Part shown: positions 22,545 to 34,629 of the stretch, piece after piece | Layout: the number at the start of each line of letters is the position of its first letter | Position numbering within the stretch: the first letter of the stretch is position 1 | Assembly (NCBI GenBank): GCA_000146045.2 | Contig: BK006948.2 | Span: 384,001 to 448,000, forward strand | Direction of reading: 5' to 3' | Source of the DNA: TPA_inf: Saccharomyces | Taxonomy: Eukaryota | Length of the DNA: 64,000 nucleotides | Translations under genes and position numbers: made by a program | The notes under the pieces: generated by a model | What the model was told of the DNA's origin: nothing | Databases searched by the model: none | The model's input: only the letters and a program-made list of their open reading frames with translations

Positions 22545-23063
22545 CTATTAAAGAAAGAAGAAAAAATTCGAAATGAAATCCTAGGCGAAATTGAAAACGA
22601 AAATGAAAATAATGGAGAAACTTCGTCATAAAATTGTGAAAATCAGGTATCATTTGTTCTCCTAGCATTTTCTTTCCTAGAATATTACTATTTTCTACCT
22701 CCATTCGTATTTTACTTTTCCTATTTAATATTAAATTTTTATATACCGTTATTGCCCCTTACGGCAATAATACAACCAGATAAAAGAGCGTGCTCCGAAG
22801 TTAGCCTGTTATATATCAACAATTTGCAAATGTGGTTACCCACGAATTATTGGTGTTATTTTAGTGAATAGCTTGAAATCTTTGAATGTAGGAAGCATCC
22901 TTATTTATCAAGAAATTGGAGAAGTGGCGGCATCGCGTGGAGACTGCCTATGAACTAAGAGGCGGTTTATATTTTAAAAACTCAAAAGCTGTTTGAAGAC
23001 TAATCTGGAAGTACTGAAAAGAGGAGATTTACTCATTCTTTGGTGCAGCAAATTTCTTTCGGC

Positions 23064-23921
23064 ATGAAGTTTTTACTGCAGCAAATAAGAAATATGCATG
23101 TTAAGCCTATAAAAATGCGATGGTTGACAGGTGGTGTCAATTATAGTTATTTACTAAGCACTGAAGACAGGAGAAACTCATGGCTGATTGACCCTGCAGA
23201 ACCACTTGAGGTGTCGCCAAAATTAAGCGCCGAAGAGAAAAAAAGTATTGATGCTATTGTCAATACACATCACCATTATGACCATTCGGGGGGGAACCTA
23301 GCGCTTTATAGTATCTTGTGCCAAGAAAACTCAGGTCACGATATTAAAATAATTGGTGGATCTAAGTCCTCCCCGGGTGTCACTGAAGTACCCGATAATT
23401 TGCAGCAGTATCACTTGGGTAACTTAAGAGTAACATGTATTAGGACTCCATGCCATACAAAAGATTCCATATGCTATTATATCAAAGATTTAGAAACAGG
23501 TGAGCAGTGCATCTTCACAGGCGACACTTTATTCATTGCCGGTTGTGGGAGGTTTTTCGAGGGCACAGGAAGAGATATGGACATGGCCTTAAACCAGATA
23601 ATGTTAAGGGCTGTTGGTGAGACGAACTGGAATAAGGTTAAAATATACCCTGGTCATGAGTACACCAAAGGCAATGTTAGCTTTATCAGAGCAAAAATCT
23701 ATTCCGATATAGGGCAGAACAAGGAGTTTGATGCGTTGGAACAGTATTGCAAATCTAACGAGTGCACCACCGGTCACTTCACCCTGAGAGATGAACTAGG
23801 TTATAACCCATTCATGAGATTGGATGATCGTGCCGTTAGACTAGCAGTCGGCGATACTGCTGGGACTTATCCCAGATCCGTAGTGATGCAAGAGTTAAGA
23901 AAGCTTAAAAACGCTATGTAA
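23064..23921 (+). CDS. GLO4: Mitochondrial glyoxalase II (hydroxyacylglutathione hydrolase) of the metallo-beta-lactamase fold; 285 aa from the ATG at 23064
   Basis: THHHYDHSGGN metal-binding motif, length, and neighbours. Confidence 0.9.
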   Translation: MKFLLQQIRNMHVKPIKMRWLTGGVNYSYLLSTEDRRNSWLIDPAEPLEVSPKLSAEEKKSIDAIVNTHHHYDHSGGNLALYSILCQENSGHDIKIIGGSKSSPGVTEVPDNLQQYHLGNLRVTCIRTPCHTKDSICYYIKDLETGEQCIFTGDTLFIAGCGRFFEGTGRDMDMALNQIMLRAVGETNWNKVKIYPGHEYTKGNVSFIRAKIYSDIGQNKEFDALEQYCKSNECTTGHFTLRDELGYNPFMRLDDRAVRLAVGDTAGTYPRSVVMQELRKLKNAM

Positions 23922-24424
23922 CTGGCATGCAGTCTAAATATTTGCAAAGTATGTCTGAAGGACTAATGATAGGTGGGTCAGGATATCAGCTTAATCCTCA
24001 CCCATGAAGAAGAAGATATGTCAAAAGCCATATTCAGTAATTGGTCTATTTGTCTCCGTTGTCCACGCTTTCATAGCCATAGAGGAAAAGGCGTAGAAAG
24101 TTCTATATAACAGAGTATTTAGTATTATATTCCCGAGGTTTTAGGAAAGAAAGAAGAAGAAAGAGAAGGAGGAAAATGGGAAGAAACTTAAGATTGAAAG
24201 TGTGAGAAAAATGAATGGCCCTCTCTTTATATAGTGTTCAAAAAATTGAACAGCGATTTATTGTCATCACAGACGTTGAGTCTCTCTCTTTTCCTATTAA
24301 AATTAATCTTAGCAAGTAAGGGCTTGGAGGGAAGATAGCGTTGAGCTGTGAAGTCGATCAAATAAACAGCTTGAGACTAGTTAAGTAGCCACCCCCAGCA
24401 AAACGATATTGCCAAATCAAAATC

Positions 24425-25660
24425 ATGGAAGAAAAGGAAGGTATCAAGGATTCTTCTCTCCTTGAGAAGAGTAATGTTCCGGAATCAATTAATGAGGATA
24501 TTTCAAAGACGACGGATGTGGATCTAAATTCCGATGGGAAAAAGGATAATGACACTTCTGCCAAGGATGGTACACCTAAGGTTGAAGAAAAGGTGAACAA
24601 GTCCTCAGGAATTGATGAGGACGAAGTGGTGACACCCGCTGAGGATGCAAAAGAAGAAGAGGAGGAGCATCCCCCCTTACCTGCCAGAAGGAAGTCTGAG
24701 GAGGAGCCATCTAAAGAGAATCCAATATTGCAAGAATTGAAGGATGCTTTTCCCAATTTGGAAGAAAAATACATTAAAGCGGTGATCATTGCGTCCCAGG
24801 GTGTTTTGAGCCCAGCTTTCAATGCCTTACTATTCCTATCAGATCCCGAATCTGGTAAAGATATCGAGTTACCAACACAACCTGTAAGAAAGAACCCAGA
24901 GGCGCCGGCAAGAAGACGACAAACTCAATTAGAACAAGACGAATTATTGGCACGGCAATTAGATGAGCAATTCAACAGCTCACATTCCCGTCGTCGTAAT
25001 CGTGATCGCGCAACTAGAAGCATGCATGAACAGCGCAGAAGACGTCATAATCCGAACGAAAGGGAGCAACATCACGAAGACAGTGAGGAAGAAGATTCGT
25101 GGTCGCAATTTGTAGAAAAGGACCTGCCAGAGCTTACGGACAGAGCCGGTCGGTCATTACAGGACACAGCAAACAAAGTTAGTAACTGGATAAGTGATGC
25201 TTACCGGAGAAACTTTGCGTCAGGTAATGAGCAAAACGACAACCAACATGGTCACCAAGATCAGCAAGAATGGGAGCCAGAGATTGTGGATTTGTCACAA
25301 GGCGGGAAAAATTCAAGACCCCAGCAACCTGAGAGAAGAAGATTCAATTCGTTTGGCGTTCAAGTCGGTGATGACTCTTTAGAAAGCCACGGAATCACAC
25401 TACACAACGAAGATGGATTTGAAGATGATGAAGATGTGCCACCTCAGTTACCAACGAGAACAAAATCTGGTGAGTCGACTGGAAAAGTAGTGGCAGAGAC
25501 AACCTACATTGATACTCCAGATACAGAAACGAAGAAGAAATGGCAGCCGCTACCACCGGAACCCCTGGATACTACACCAACTAAAGTAAACGCTGTTTCT
25601 AGAAATAAGAAAAATCCGGATGAGGATGAATTCTTAATCAATAGTGACGACGAGATGTAA
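24425..25660 (+). CDS. CUE5: CUE-domain ubiquitin-binding protein (411 aa)
   Basis: CUE domain AFPNLEEKYIKAVIIASQGVLSPAFNALLFLSDP. Length 411 aa. Confidence 0.95.
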   Translation: MEEKEGIKDSSLLEKSNVPESINEDISKTTDVDLNSDGKKDNDTSAKDGTPKVEEKVNKSSGIDEDEVVTPAEDAKEEEEEHPPLPARRKSEEEPSKENPILQELKDAFPNLEEKYIKAVIIASQGVLSPAFNALLFLSDPESGKDIELPTQPVRKNPEAPARRRQTQLEQDELLARQLDEQFNSSHSRRRNRDRATRSMHEQRRRRHNPNEREQHHEDSEEEDSWSQFVEKDLPELTDRAGRSLQDTANKVSNWISDAYRRNFASGNEQNDNQHGHQDQQEWEPEIVDLSQGGKNSRPQQPERRRFNSFGVQVGDDSLESHGITLHNEDGFEDDEDVPPQLPTRTKSGESTGKVVAETTYIDTPDTETKKKWQPLPPEPLDTTPTKVNAVSRNKKNPDEDEFLINSDDEM

Positions 25661-25759
25661 AGCTGATATCTACGTACATGTGTATACGTGCCAATATTTG
25701 GACGCATCTTATTTTACGCGCTTGTGAAGAACTCACTACCTTCTTGAAGGAAGTAAGAA

Positions 25760-25876
25760 AAAATTTTCAGAATTGTTGATAGTCGTATATCTTCCATTAT
25801 AACTATTGTTAGCTATTAATTCAGATAATGTAGATAAGATTGAAAACATAAATTCATCATAAAAAAGAATAGGTCT
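25760..25876 (-). ncRNA. SNR62: Candidate C/D-box snoRNA (possibly snR62, which I recall maps just downstream of CUE5). Boundaries approximate.
   Basis: On the minus strand there is an AUGAUGA C box (reverse complement of 25854-25860), a CUGA (reverse complement of 25821-25824), and a further CUGA (reverse complement of 25767-25770) near the putative 3' end. Flanking GUAAAAGA / UCUUAC segments could form a terminal stem. No coding ORF. Confidence 0.35.
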
Positions 25877-26869
25877 TTTACGGCACCCGTTCAGACACTT
25901 TGACACTTCAAAGTATATGCATCAGCACACTTCTGACCATTCTACGTATTGTAACAGCAACATGAGTTCTTTAAAACTCCAATTGACATTTTCGTAATGT
26001 GTTTTGCATATCATCTAAATTTCAATGACAGATTTAAAAAGTCAAGTAATTAAAAATTTTCATAAGCGTGCTTTTTTATAGTGCGAAGAACGGCAAAGGC
26101 AACCTTAAGAAAAAAAAATGATAGGTTACGTGCTATATCCGGAAAATAAAGAAAGATGAGTAAGAGTTAAAGAAAGAATTCAACCAACCTGATGGGTGTA
26201 TGAAAATCCCGATTTTATATCGACAGCGCTAGCATGCATGAACAGTGTTTTGACGGTCAAGAAAAAACATAACCTCTGCATAATGTACTTACTTATCAAA
26301 ACGTTGCAAATCTTGTATGTAAGAGGTGTTTGGGTGTTTTTTCCAAACGACCCGAAGGAGGGCAATTCAAAATAAAAAAAGCAAATTTTATCAGGAAGAG
26401 AAGATTTTAGTCAGAACGGGCCATGTTCAATGGCCAATTTCTTATGCTCTAGAGTAATAATTACTAAGGAGGAAAGTAAGACAAAAAACGGTCTATCGTT
26501 GTTTTAAGTTTACAGCATAGGCATAGTGATAGAGTGTGAGAGAGTCTCTAACTCGGCGTCAGTTTAGAGTCATTTTTTTCTTTTCTCCCCCCAAAGGTCA
26601 TAAGAAGATAAGGATCCAAATTTAGAAGACAAAAAAAGTTTTGTTAGAACGTTTATCCCATTAAAAATAAGGGAAAAGAGAAACAACGTTATTTAGTGAT
26701 TTTTTTAATTGAGAAGCATTTTCTCCAGTGATAATTTAATTGTTTTTTTATTCGGAAAAGAACAGAAAGCGCAAGAAGACAACTCCTTCACACTTAGGCT
26801 ATTAATTTTCCCGCCTCCCCATTAATTGATAAAGATAAAGGTTGTCTGAGCTTACACTTATTATAAACA

Positions 26870-28330
26870 ATGGACGATATAATCACGCAAGTTTCTCCAG
26901 ATAATGCAGAGTCCGCTCCGATTCTACAAGAACAGCAACAGCAACAGAACTCACAGTACGAAGGTAACGAGGAGGATTATGGTGATTCATTGATTCATTT
27001 GAATATTCAAGAAAACCATTATTTCATTACGAGGGACCAGTTGATGTCTCTACCTGAATCCCTATTACTGTGTTTATTTCCCTCAGGTGTTTTTTTGGAC
27101 CGTTGTGGTCAGGTCATTACTAATTTGACCAGAGACGATGAGGTCTACATTGTTAATTTCCCTCCTGATTGTTTTGAGTACATCATGGAGATATATACAA
27201 AAGCGCATGATGATTTGTATAATCATCCTGTGGAGAAATTTTTTGACAGACCATCAAGTAGCTTTGTTTCGAATGCAAAGGGATTTTTTGGACTGAGTAG
27301 CAATAATTCAATTTCGAGCAACAATGAGCAGGATATTTTACATCAAAAGCCCGCTATTATTGTTTTGAGAGAAGACTTGGATTATTATTGTGTACCTCAG
27401 GAGGAATTTCAGTTTGATTCCACTAATGAAGAAAATAATGAGGATTTATTGCGACATTTTATGGCTCAAGTGAAAATGGCTGCTGGCAGTTATTTAACTT
27501 CAAAAACATCGATTTTCCAAGGTTTGTATTCTTCGAATAGACTAAAGCAACAACAGCAACAACAGAAAATTGAAAAGGGGTCCAATTCTTCTTCAAATAC
27601 TAAATCTACTTCGAAAAAATTGGGACCTGCTGAACAACATTTAATGGATATGTTGTGCTCCTCCGGATTCACCAAGGAAACTTGTTGGGGTAACAGAACT
27701 CAAGAAACTGGCAAAACGGTTATAAGTTCACTGTCTCTTTGCCGATTGGCTAACGAGACAACTGAAGGATTTAGGCAAAAATTTAACGAGGCTAAGGCTA
27801 AGTGGGAGGCAGAGCACAAACCTTCTCAAGACAACTTCATCACCCCAATGCAATCTAACATATCGATTAACTCTTTATCTGCAAGTAAATCTAACAGTAC
27901 CATTTCTACAGCAAGGAATTTAACAAGCGGAAGTACAGCACCTGCTACAGCACGTGATAAGAGAAAATCAAGGCTGTCGAAACTAGCAGATAACGTTCGT
28001 TCGCACTCTTCCTCGAGACATAGTTCGCAGACCAGAAGTAAACCTCCGGAGTTGCCCAAATTGTATGATCTAGTGCCAAAACCTAATATCAACGCTAAGC
28101 TACTATTATTTTGGAGAAAACCTGCTCGTAAATGTTGGTGGGGTGAAGAAGACATAGAGCTAGAAGTGGAAGTCTTCGGCTCTTGGAAAGATGAATCAAA
28201 GAAAATCATTGAATTGATCTTGCCAACAAACGTTGATCCTGAAGCAGAACTACATAAAATCATTGTACCCGTCCGATTACATATTCGTAGAGTTTGGACT
28301 TTAGAGTTGAGCGTTATTGGGGTGCAGTGA
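26870..28330 (+). CDS. WHI2: Stress-response / nutrient-signalling regulator (486 aa) with short poly-Gln runs
   Basis: N-terminus MDDIITQVSPDNAESAPILQEQQQQQNSQ, length 486 aa. Confidence 0.95.
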   Translation: MDDIITQVSPDNAESAPILQEQQQQQNSQYEGNEEDYGDSLIHLNIQENHYFITRDQLMSLPESLLLCLFPSGVFLDRCGQVITNLTRDDEVYIVNFPPDCFEYIMEIYTKAHDDLYNHPVEKFFDRPSSSFVSNAKGFFGLSSNNSISSNNEQDILHQKPAIIVLREDLDYYCVPQEEFQFDSTNEENNEDLLRHFMAQVKMAAGSYLTSKTSIFQGLYSSNRLKQQQQQQKIEKGSNSSSNTKSTSKKLGPAEQHLMDMLCSSGFTKETCWGNRTQETGKTVISSLSLCRLANETTEGFRQKFNEAKAKWEAEHKPSQDNFITPMQSNISINSLSASKSNSTISTARNLTSGSTAPATARDKRKSRLSKLADNVRSHSSSRHSSQTRSKPPELPKLYDLVPKPNINAKLLLFWRKPARKCWWGEEDIELEVEVFGSWKDESKKIIELILPTNVDPEAELHKIIVPVRLHIRRVWTLELSVIGVQ

Positions 28331-29006
28331 GTGTATATAATATATTAGAGAAAGAAATGGAAAGAGATCGGGCCAAAGACACAATATGTAACAGTATGGT
28401 TTCTTGGTATCCCCTCTTTCTATTCCTCCCTTGTTACGAAATGATGTATATTTGTATCTCTATAACAAAATTATATGAACTGTCTCAAAGCACATGAAGA
28501 AGGAAAAAAGGTGGCGTCGAAGACTGCTAGATATTTCTCTTCGTATCTTCCCATCCCCTTCTGCAAATAACGGTTTTTCCATTGTCTATTTCAAAGTTAC
28601 CCGCATAATAAAGTCGTACATTGTTCGAAAAATATCACTCAAAAGCAGCATTGATCCGGTATAAAACAATAGAAATTTTTTTTTTTTTTTATTGTTATAA
28701 TTATTCTGACTCACGTCTGGATTTCGTTAGTTCGTCATTTTTTCTTAATTTCAGTAAACTGTGATCACGAGTCTGCAACATCATTATACACCGTATATCT
28801 GTATTATTAAGAATCAGGGTCTCCTTTTAATTTGCTGTTGAAAAACATCTTAAGGGAGTGTGATTGTCTGTTGATGTATACTAGTCTGGTAAAGCTAAAT
28901 ATTCTTATAAAAAACTTTTGGTAACCCATTATTACAGGAAACAAGATCCATTTATCAGATAAAAATTATAAAACATTAAGGAATCAGGACCTTTTTTTCG
29001 ACAATC

Positions 29007-29480
29007 ATGATAGAGGCGTTGGAAATAGTTCTATTGCTCGTTATACAATCACTTCAATATATCTGTCGCACATGCATAGCTTTTTTGCTAATACCATTCT
29101 TAGGCCTGTATGCATTCGATCTCTTCCTATACGTTTATCGGATGATACTTTATCTGTCACAAATGTTCAATTACAAGAGAAAACTAGGACGTTCTAAAAC
29201 AAATAATAGGCCGCATAGTCCCAGGCTACATAAGATATACAGTAGTGGGGATTGCATGGATACCTTAATTGGCCAAGTAAGGGATTTGAGAGTATTTTTG
29301 TTATCCACGATCCACAGCCACTCTAAAAGATTCTTTTCTACGAGATTTCAGACAAAATCAGGCATTAACTCTGCTATTGACGCGAATGATGTTGAAACAA
29401 CATCTGACGTATCTAGTTTTACAAATTTACATTTAACAAGGTCATCGGAAGAAGGTTATTATATCGCAGGATCGATATAA
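29007..29480 (+). CDS. IRC23: Small protein of unknown function (157 aa)
   Basis: Length and position upstream of TOM6. Confidence 0.7.
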   Translation: MIEALEIVLLLVIQSLQYICRTCIAFLLIPFLGLYAFDLFLYVYRMILYLSQMFNYKRKLGRSKTNNRPHSPRLHKIYSSGDCMDTLIGQVRDLRVFLLSTIHSHSKRFFSTRFQTKSGINSAIDANDVETTSDVSSFTNLHLTRSSEEGYYIAGSI

Positions 29481-29851
29481 TAAAAGAAAATATGGAAAAC
29501 CCTTTCATGGGTGTTTGCACGGAATTAGGATCACATAATGAATACACACAGGAGGAAAACGGCTCGATACATGATTTGGCCATAACGGCAAAAGCGTATA
29601 CTCACATAATCGTATGCAAACATATCACACAAATCTATCATACGTATGTATACATTTATATAATATATGCATATGGCGGATAATATATTATTGTTCACTG
29701 ATTTTGTCACTTTATACGTAGTCTTCCTCGCATTATTTAGAGACGAGGGAGAAAAATGGGCCAAACATATTTGATCATTGTACGTGATGAATCCATGTCC
29801 TGTAGGCTTCTCAAGAGAACAAAAACAAAACACAGACAAAATAATTGAAAA

Positions 29852-30037
29852 ATGGACGGTATGTTTGCTATGCCAGGCGCAGCTGCAGGTGCGGCCTCCC
29901 CACAACAACCAAAATCAAGATTCCAAGCTTTCAAGGAATCTCCACTATACACAATTGCACTAAACGGTGCCTTCTTCGTTGCAGGTGTTGCGTTTATTCA
30001 ATCTCCACTCATGGACATGTTGGCCCCACAATTATAA
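29852..30037 (+). CDS. TOM6: Small subunit of the mitochondrial outer-membrane TOM complex (61 aa)
   Basis: MDGMFAMPGAAAGAASPQQPKSRFQAFKESPLYTIALNGAFFVAGVAFIQSPLMDMLAPQL recognised as Tom6. Confidence 0.9.
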   Translation: MDGMFAMPGAAAGAASPQQPKSRFQAFKESPLYTIALNGAFFVAGVAFIQSPLMDMLAPQL

Positions 30038-30458
30038 GGGGTTGGTTCTTGTATAGTTGAGATTTTTTCACTTACCTGTATATATATTGGTTTTTGGGTT
30101 CTCAAAAGAATTTGTCAAATATGTTTATATTTTATTCCCGAATTATGTAGAGTTAGCAGTGTATATAATGGAAAAAAAGCAAGTATGCTTTACATTTAGT
30201 ATTCCTTTTAACGCAAGCCTTTTGTATACGGGCTGTTTACTGTTCACCGGAAAGCCGTGACAAAAGAGAGTGACAAAGGTATCGAAATCACAAGGTATAT
30301 GCTGTGTTTGTATTTATATAAGCTTGCCTCACAAGTAAAAGTGGATCAACAAACTGAGAAGAAACAAATGGGACCCATTGATGTCGTAATAATATATTCA
30401 TTGGTGTATGAAATTAGATTAAAGCTTTTACGTATTTTGAGGTATTATGTACTGAATT

Positions 30459-31907
30459 CTAATCCTTTAACACTTTCTTAACTATTTTTTCGACTTCATC
30501 CCAATCATCCGTTGGAACACGAGTCATTTCTATATCACCGAAGTATTTCTGAATTGCAGATAAAATATTGAAAGAATTTTTGTCATGTACAAAGGAAATG
30601 GCAACACCTTTTCTGCCGAATCTACCGGTTCTACCGATTCTGTGAATGTAAGTAGCTGGATCTGCTTGTCCGTTAGCAAGCGTTGGAAGATCATAGTTGA
30701 CAACCATTGAGACAGTAGGAATATCAATACCACGGGCCAGGACATTAGTAGTAATCAAAACTTTGGATCTACCCTCTCTGAAGTCGTCTATTAATCTGTC
30801 TCTTTCTTGTGTCTGTAAATCACCATGCAAGATAGAAACTTCATGACCTTCACTTTTCAATTTCCCATATAAAACGTTTGCGGTTTTTTTGGTTGCAACA
30901 AAAATAATGGAAGATCCAATTGTCATTAAACCATATAGCTCAGTTAAAACATCAAACTTATCTGCTTCGTTTTTGCAGTCCATGTATAGTTGTTTGATGG
31001 CATCAACATTAACTTCATTTGTTTGTAATTCTAAAGTATTAGCATTTGGAACGATCTTCTTTGCGTACTGCCTAACTGCATCGGCAAAAGTAGCACTAAA
31101 CAAAACAAGTTGAGTATCCTTGGGTAAAAATCTCTTAACACGAATACACTGGTCACCTAGACCCTGCTGATCCAACATGTTATCGGCTTCATCCAAAACA
31201 AAAATTTTAATTTTCTGTAGCTGCATCAATTTTCTACGCATTAGGTCAAGAACAGTGCCCGGCGTACCAACAATCACTTGAGCATTAATTTGCTTGTTTT
31301 TCTCAAAAGAATCGGGAACAATTAACTGACTGGTTATTTTTGTGAACTTACCCATTTCCTGAACGACTTCTAGTGTTTGTCTGGCCAGTTCTCTGGAGGG
31401 GGCTAAGCAAATTGCCTGTGGAGATGCGTCTTCTGGGTTTACTCTTGTTAGCATCGTTAAAGAAAAGGCGGCAGTTTTACCTGTACCTGATTGAGACTGA
31501 GCAATCATGTTCCTAGGCGGATTATGTAATAATAATGGCAGCGCCCTTTCTTGAATTTTGGATGGTTTTTGAAATTTCATAGCATATATCCCCTTTAGTA
31601 GTTCTGGTGCTAATCCTAATTCATCAAAAGATTTAGCACTGTACAATGGAGAATTTGGGTCAGCCTGGATATCAGCAAGTTTGACCTTAACTTCATATTC
31701 TGAGCTGATTAAATTACTATCCTCCTGTTTTGTTTTTTTTTCCTCAACTTTTGGAACTAATTTTTCTGCAGGCTTGATCGAATCAGCAGTCTTTTCTGGT
31801 TGGGACTTAACAGTCTCTTTTGTTGAAACTTCACTTGTATCCTCTTTCTCATTATCAATCTTTAAAGAAGCTAGTAAATCGGCCGGATCTCTCTTTGTAT
31901 CACTCAT
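30459..31907 (-). CDS. DBP5: DEAD-box ATP-dependent RNA helicase for mRNA export (482 aa)
   Basis: Q-motif, GTGKT (Walker A), DEAD (VLDEADNML), SAT and HRIGRTGR motifs. Length 482 aa. Confidence 0.95.
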   Translation of the reverse strand: MSDTKRDPADLLASLKIDNEKEDTSEVSTKETVKSQPEKTADSIKPAEKLVPKVEEKKTKQEDSNLISSEYEVKVKLADIQADPNSPLYSAKSFDELGLAPELLKGIYAMKFQKPSKIQERALPLLLHNPPRNMIAQSQSGTGKTAAFSLTMLTRVNPEDASPQAICLAPSRELARQTLEVVQEMGKFTKITSQLIVPDSFEKNKQINAQVIVGTPGTVLDLMRRKLMQLQKIKIFVLDEADNMLDQQGLGDQCIRVKRFLPKDTQLVLFSATFADAVRQYAKKIVPNANTLELQTNEVNVDAIKQLYMDCKNEADKFDVLTELYGLMTIGSSIIFVATKKTANVLYGKLKSEGHEVSILHGDLQTQERDRLIDDFREGRSKVLITTNVLARGIDIPTVSMVVNYDLPTLANGQADPATYIHRIGRTGRFGRKGVAISFVHDKNSFNILSAIQKYFGDIEMTRVPTDDWDEVEKIVKKVLKD

Positions 31908-32346
31908 TCCGATCTAAGGTGGTAAGTATTTTTATAGATGTTCTTGGTTGCTGATCGAGTATTTTATGGTGTATAAAGGTCAACTGGTTTTAAAGGTAAT
32001 GCAAATTTTGCAATGCTTTGCTTGATTGAAAAATTTGCATACGGGTAATACCGCGTTGATAATAATGTAACAATCAAATAATCAAGACAACAGCAGAGTT
32101 ATTCTTTAAATACGATATATATGGGAGTATCATCATATTTAAATGTTGATTTTTTTGGGTTTTTTTTTTGGGCAATTTTAGAGCAGTAGGCTTAAAATAT
32201 ATTAAAATTATTAAAGGTATTACTTAATCTTAAAGGTCGTCGAAATCTATAATAGTACGTGTATCAAACACTTTTGTAATTAATATTAATGTCGTTAAGT
32301 GGTTAAATAGTGGGGTATTTCGTTTTTGCGTTGTTGTAAAAATTTA

Positions 32347-33681
32347 CTAGGACATTCCATCAGGCTTCCAATCTAACCCCAACCTTTGATAAACCTGTGT
32401 TTGGCATTGAAACCAGATGGCAGCCCTCTCCTCTGAAGTTAGAGAAACCTTATTAACGACATTTTTCTGTGTACCAGCACCTAATGTCTTAGCATCATTT
32501 TTATAATTTTTTAGTTGCAAATTTTTCATTAAAGCCTTTTTTAAAAGACTACCAGAGTTAGTGCAGTCATGTATTTTAAAACCATGCGGTATGAGGCTTG
32601 GAGGCGGCATGTCAGGCCTTTTCAAATTTGAATTTAGTAATTTCCATCTCTTGTATTCGGAGCGCTTTTGTTTAAAGTCATATCTGCATTGGGCCTCGAC
32701 GGCAACATTTAATAAATAGTTCTCAATTATATTTCTCCATTCAGGCTTTGATAGACGCATAATGGGTTCCTTTGACCCAGTCATTTCTTCATGTCTTTTT
32801 CTTGCTGATGCAACTGTATATTTTGCGCTTGTCAACTTAAAATTGCGGTCTAGATTTGCTTCTATGTATAAGTCTGAGTTAACCAATGTCGCTATTATAA
32901 ACTCATCACTGGAACTTAGGGGAAGTAATTGTAGTCTGAATTGCGGTAAGTTTATACCGGAGGTCACTACCGTCGGTAACTGGGAACCCCATTCTGGCCT
33001 TAATTGTTCCACAATTAACAAGGATCGTATATCGTTTAGATCCCAGTCCAGCAATTCGCGCTTTGTAAACTTAGGACGTCCGTTATAAAGTATATTTGCT
33101 GGATCAGACATCAGAACTTCGGGAGAATACATATCATAGAATGTTTTGGGTAAAGCGTCTTCAAGTGTTACTTCTGTGACGAACTTAGGTGTTTTTGTAT
33201 CAATTAACGAGCTGCCTGTGGTGATGTCCGTAAGAGCAGTAGATGGCTGTGAAAATATACTCGATTCGTATGAAGATGAATGGTCTGAAACAAAACTTTG
33301 ACTGTCCGGGGTATTTATGTGTTGGATATTTGCATTTTCTGCAGTATTACTGTTCACTTCCATAGGTTTAGTTCCTGCAGTAGGCAATAACCTTTTTATG
33401 ATTTCTATTCTTGCCCTGTCTGCATATTCTGGTGGTGTAGTAACAAAATTGTTGTTGCTCCTAACATTTCCTGAATTGGAACTCAAATTATAGTGATTTG
33501 GTGTGTTTATTTCTTGGTTATTATGTGGAAGATTGCTGTTGAATCCAATAGAAGGAACGCTATTTGTCATTTCTGTGTCAGCGTTGGGTTGAACATTCTT
33601 TGGATTTTCGTCATGTCTTTTCGATTTTCTTTTCCCTAATACTTGGTTCCTCGCTGTTGCTGGAGGTGGTGAAACAAACAT
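32347..33681 (-). CDS. STD1: Glucose-signalling regulator interacting with Snf1/Rgt2/Snf3 (444 aa)
   Basis: Length 444 aa, Asn/Ser-rich N-terminus, position between DBP5 and RAT1. Confidence 0.9.
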
Positions 33682-34629
33682 CTCGTTTTATTTGTCTGTT
33701 AAGTAGTGCAAAACCTCCTACAATCGCGATGGTAACGAAAATGATAGGTAAATGAGAGCTTCTAATATATTAAACTGGTTTCCTACGGTACGATATTTCT
33801 TGAAGCCTTTCTTCTCCTCTATTTAGTTCGAAAACGTCCCTCTCTCGTTAACTCAAAAGAAAATTTACTAAACTATAACTCTGTCTTTTAATAACTCCTG
33901 GAATTTTTCCGTTATGGAACTAAGAGCAGCCTTCGCTAAAAGATTTTCCGTGTTTTCAAAAGGAAGGGAAAAAATTGGACAAAAACCCGCGTACGAAAAT
34001 TTTCCTGCTTAGCTCAGTCGGATTTATTGAAAACTTTATTTCATTTTTCCACAACATCCCACATTACCCGATTGTTTGTTGCAAGATTTTTTGAAGAGGA
34101 CGCTTGCATATTGGCCAAGGAGGAAGTGTAAGATGTGCTTTCGTGACTTGAGCGAAGGGGTTGGCGTTGTATAGCATGAACTTCCCAATATGTTGCATTC
34201 ATCCCTGGATGATAACAGACCAAAGACCAAATTTGATTTTAAGTTTAGGAACTTAGAAAAAAAAGGTAGTGCCGTATTCGAAACTTTCGCCGTGGACTGC
34301 CTCTCTTTTCAAAAAAGAAGAACAGACCATGCTTTTTCTCCTGGATCTGGAAGAAAAAATACACGAAGCGTATAAATCAAAATAGAGTTCGGTCTATTGG
34401 CTTACAAGGATTTCGCTATTTTACAAGAGGACGTATATTCATATATTCATGCTTCAGCATGATTTTCTCTTAACTTAATATGTTCCATTTTTTGTTATAA
34501 AATATTACTGTTCGTCGTTTGTAAGAGCAGACACTATTATCTTAAAAGAGCTTTTTTTTAATTGTATGAAGATTTTATAAATTTGCGAAAACCTAAATTT
34601 ACCATAAAATAAAATGCGCACGAGTAGTT

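Noticed and set aside
24358-24822. 154-aa minus-strand ORF overlapping the 5' end of CUE5
   Set aside because: It is antisense to a well-supported gene, Ser-rich with low complexity, and has no domain. It is a dubious ORF.
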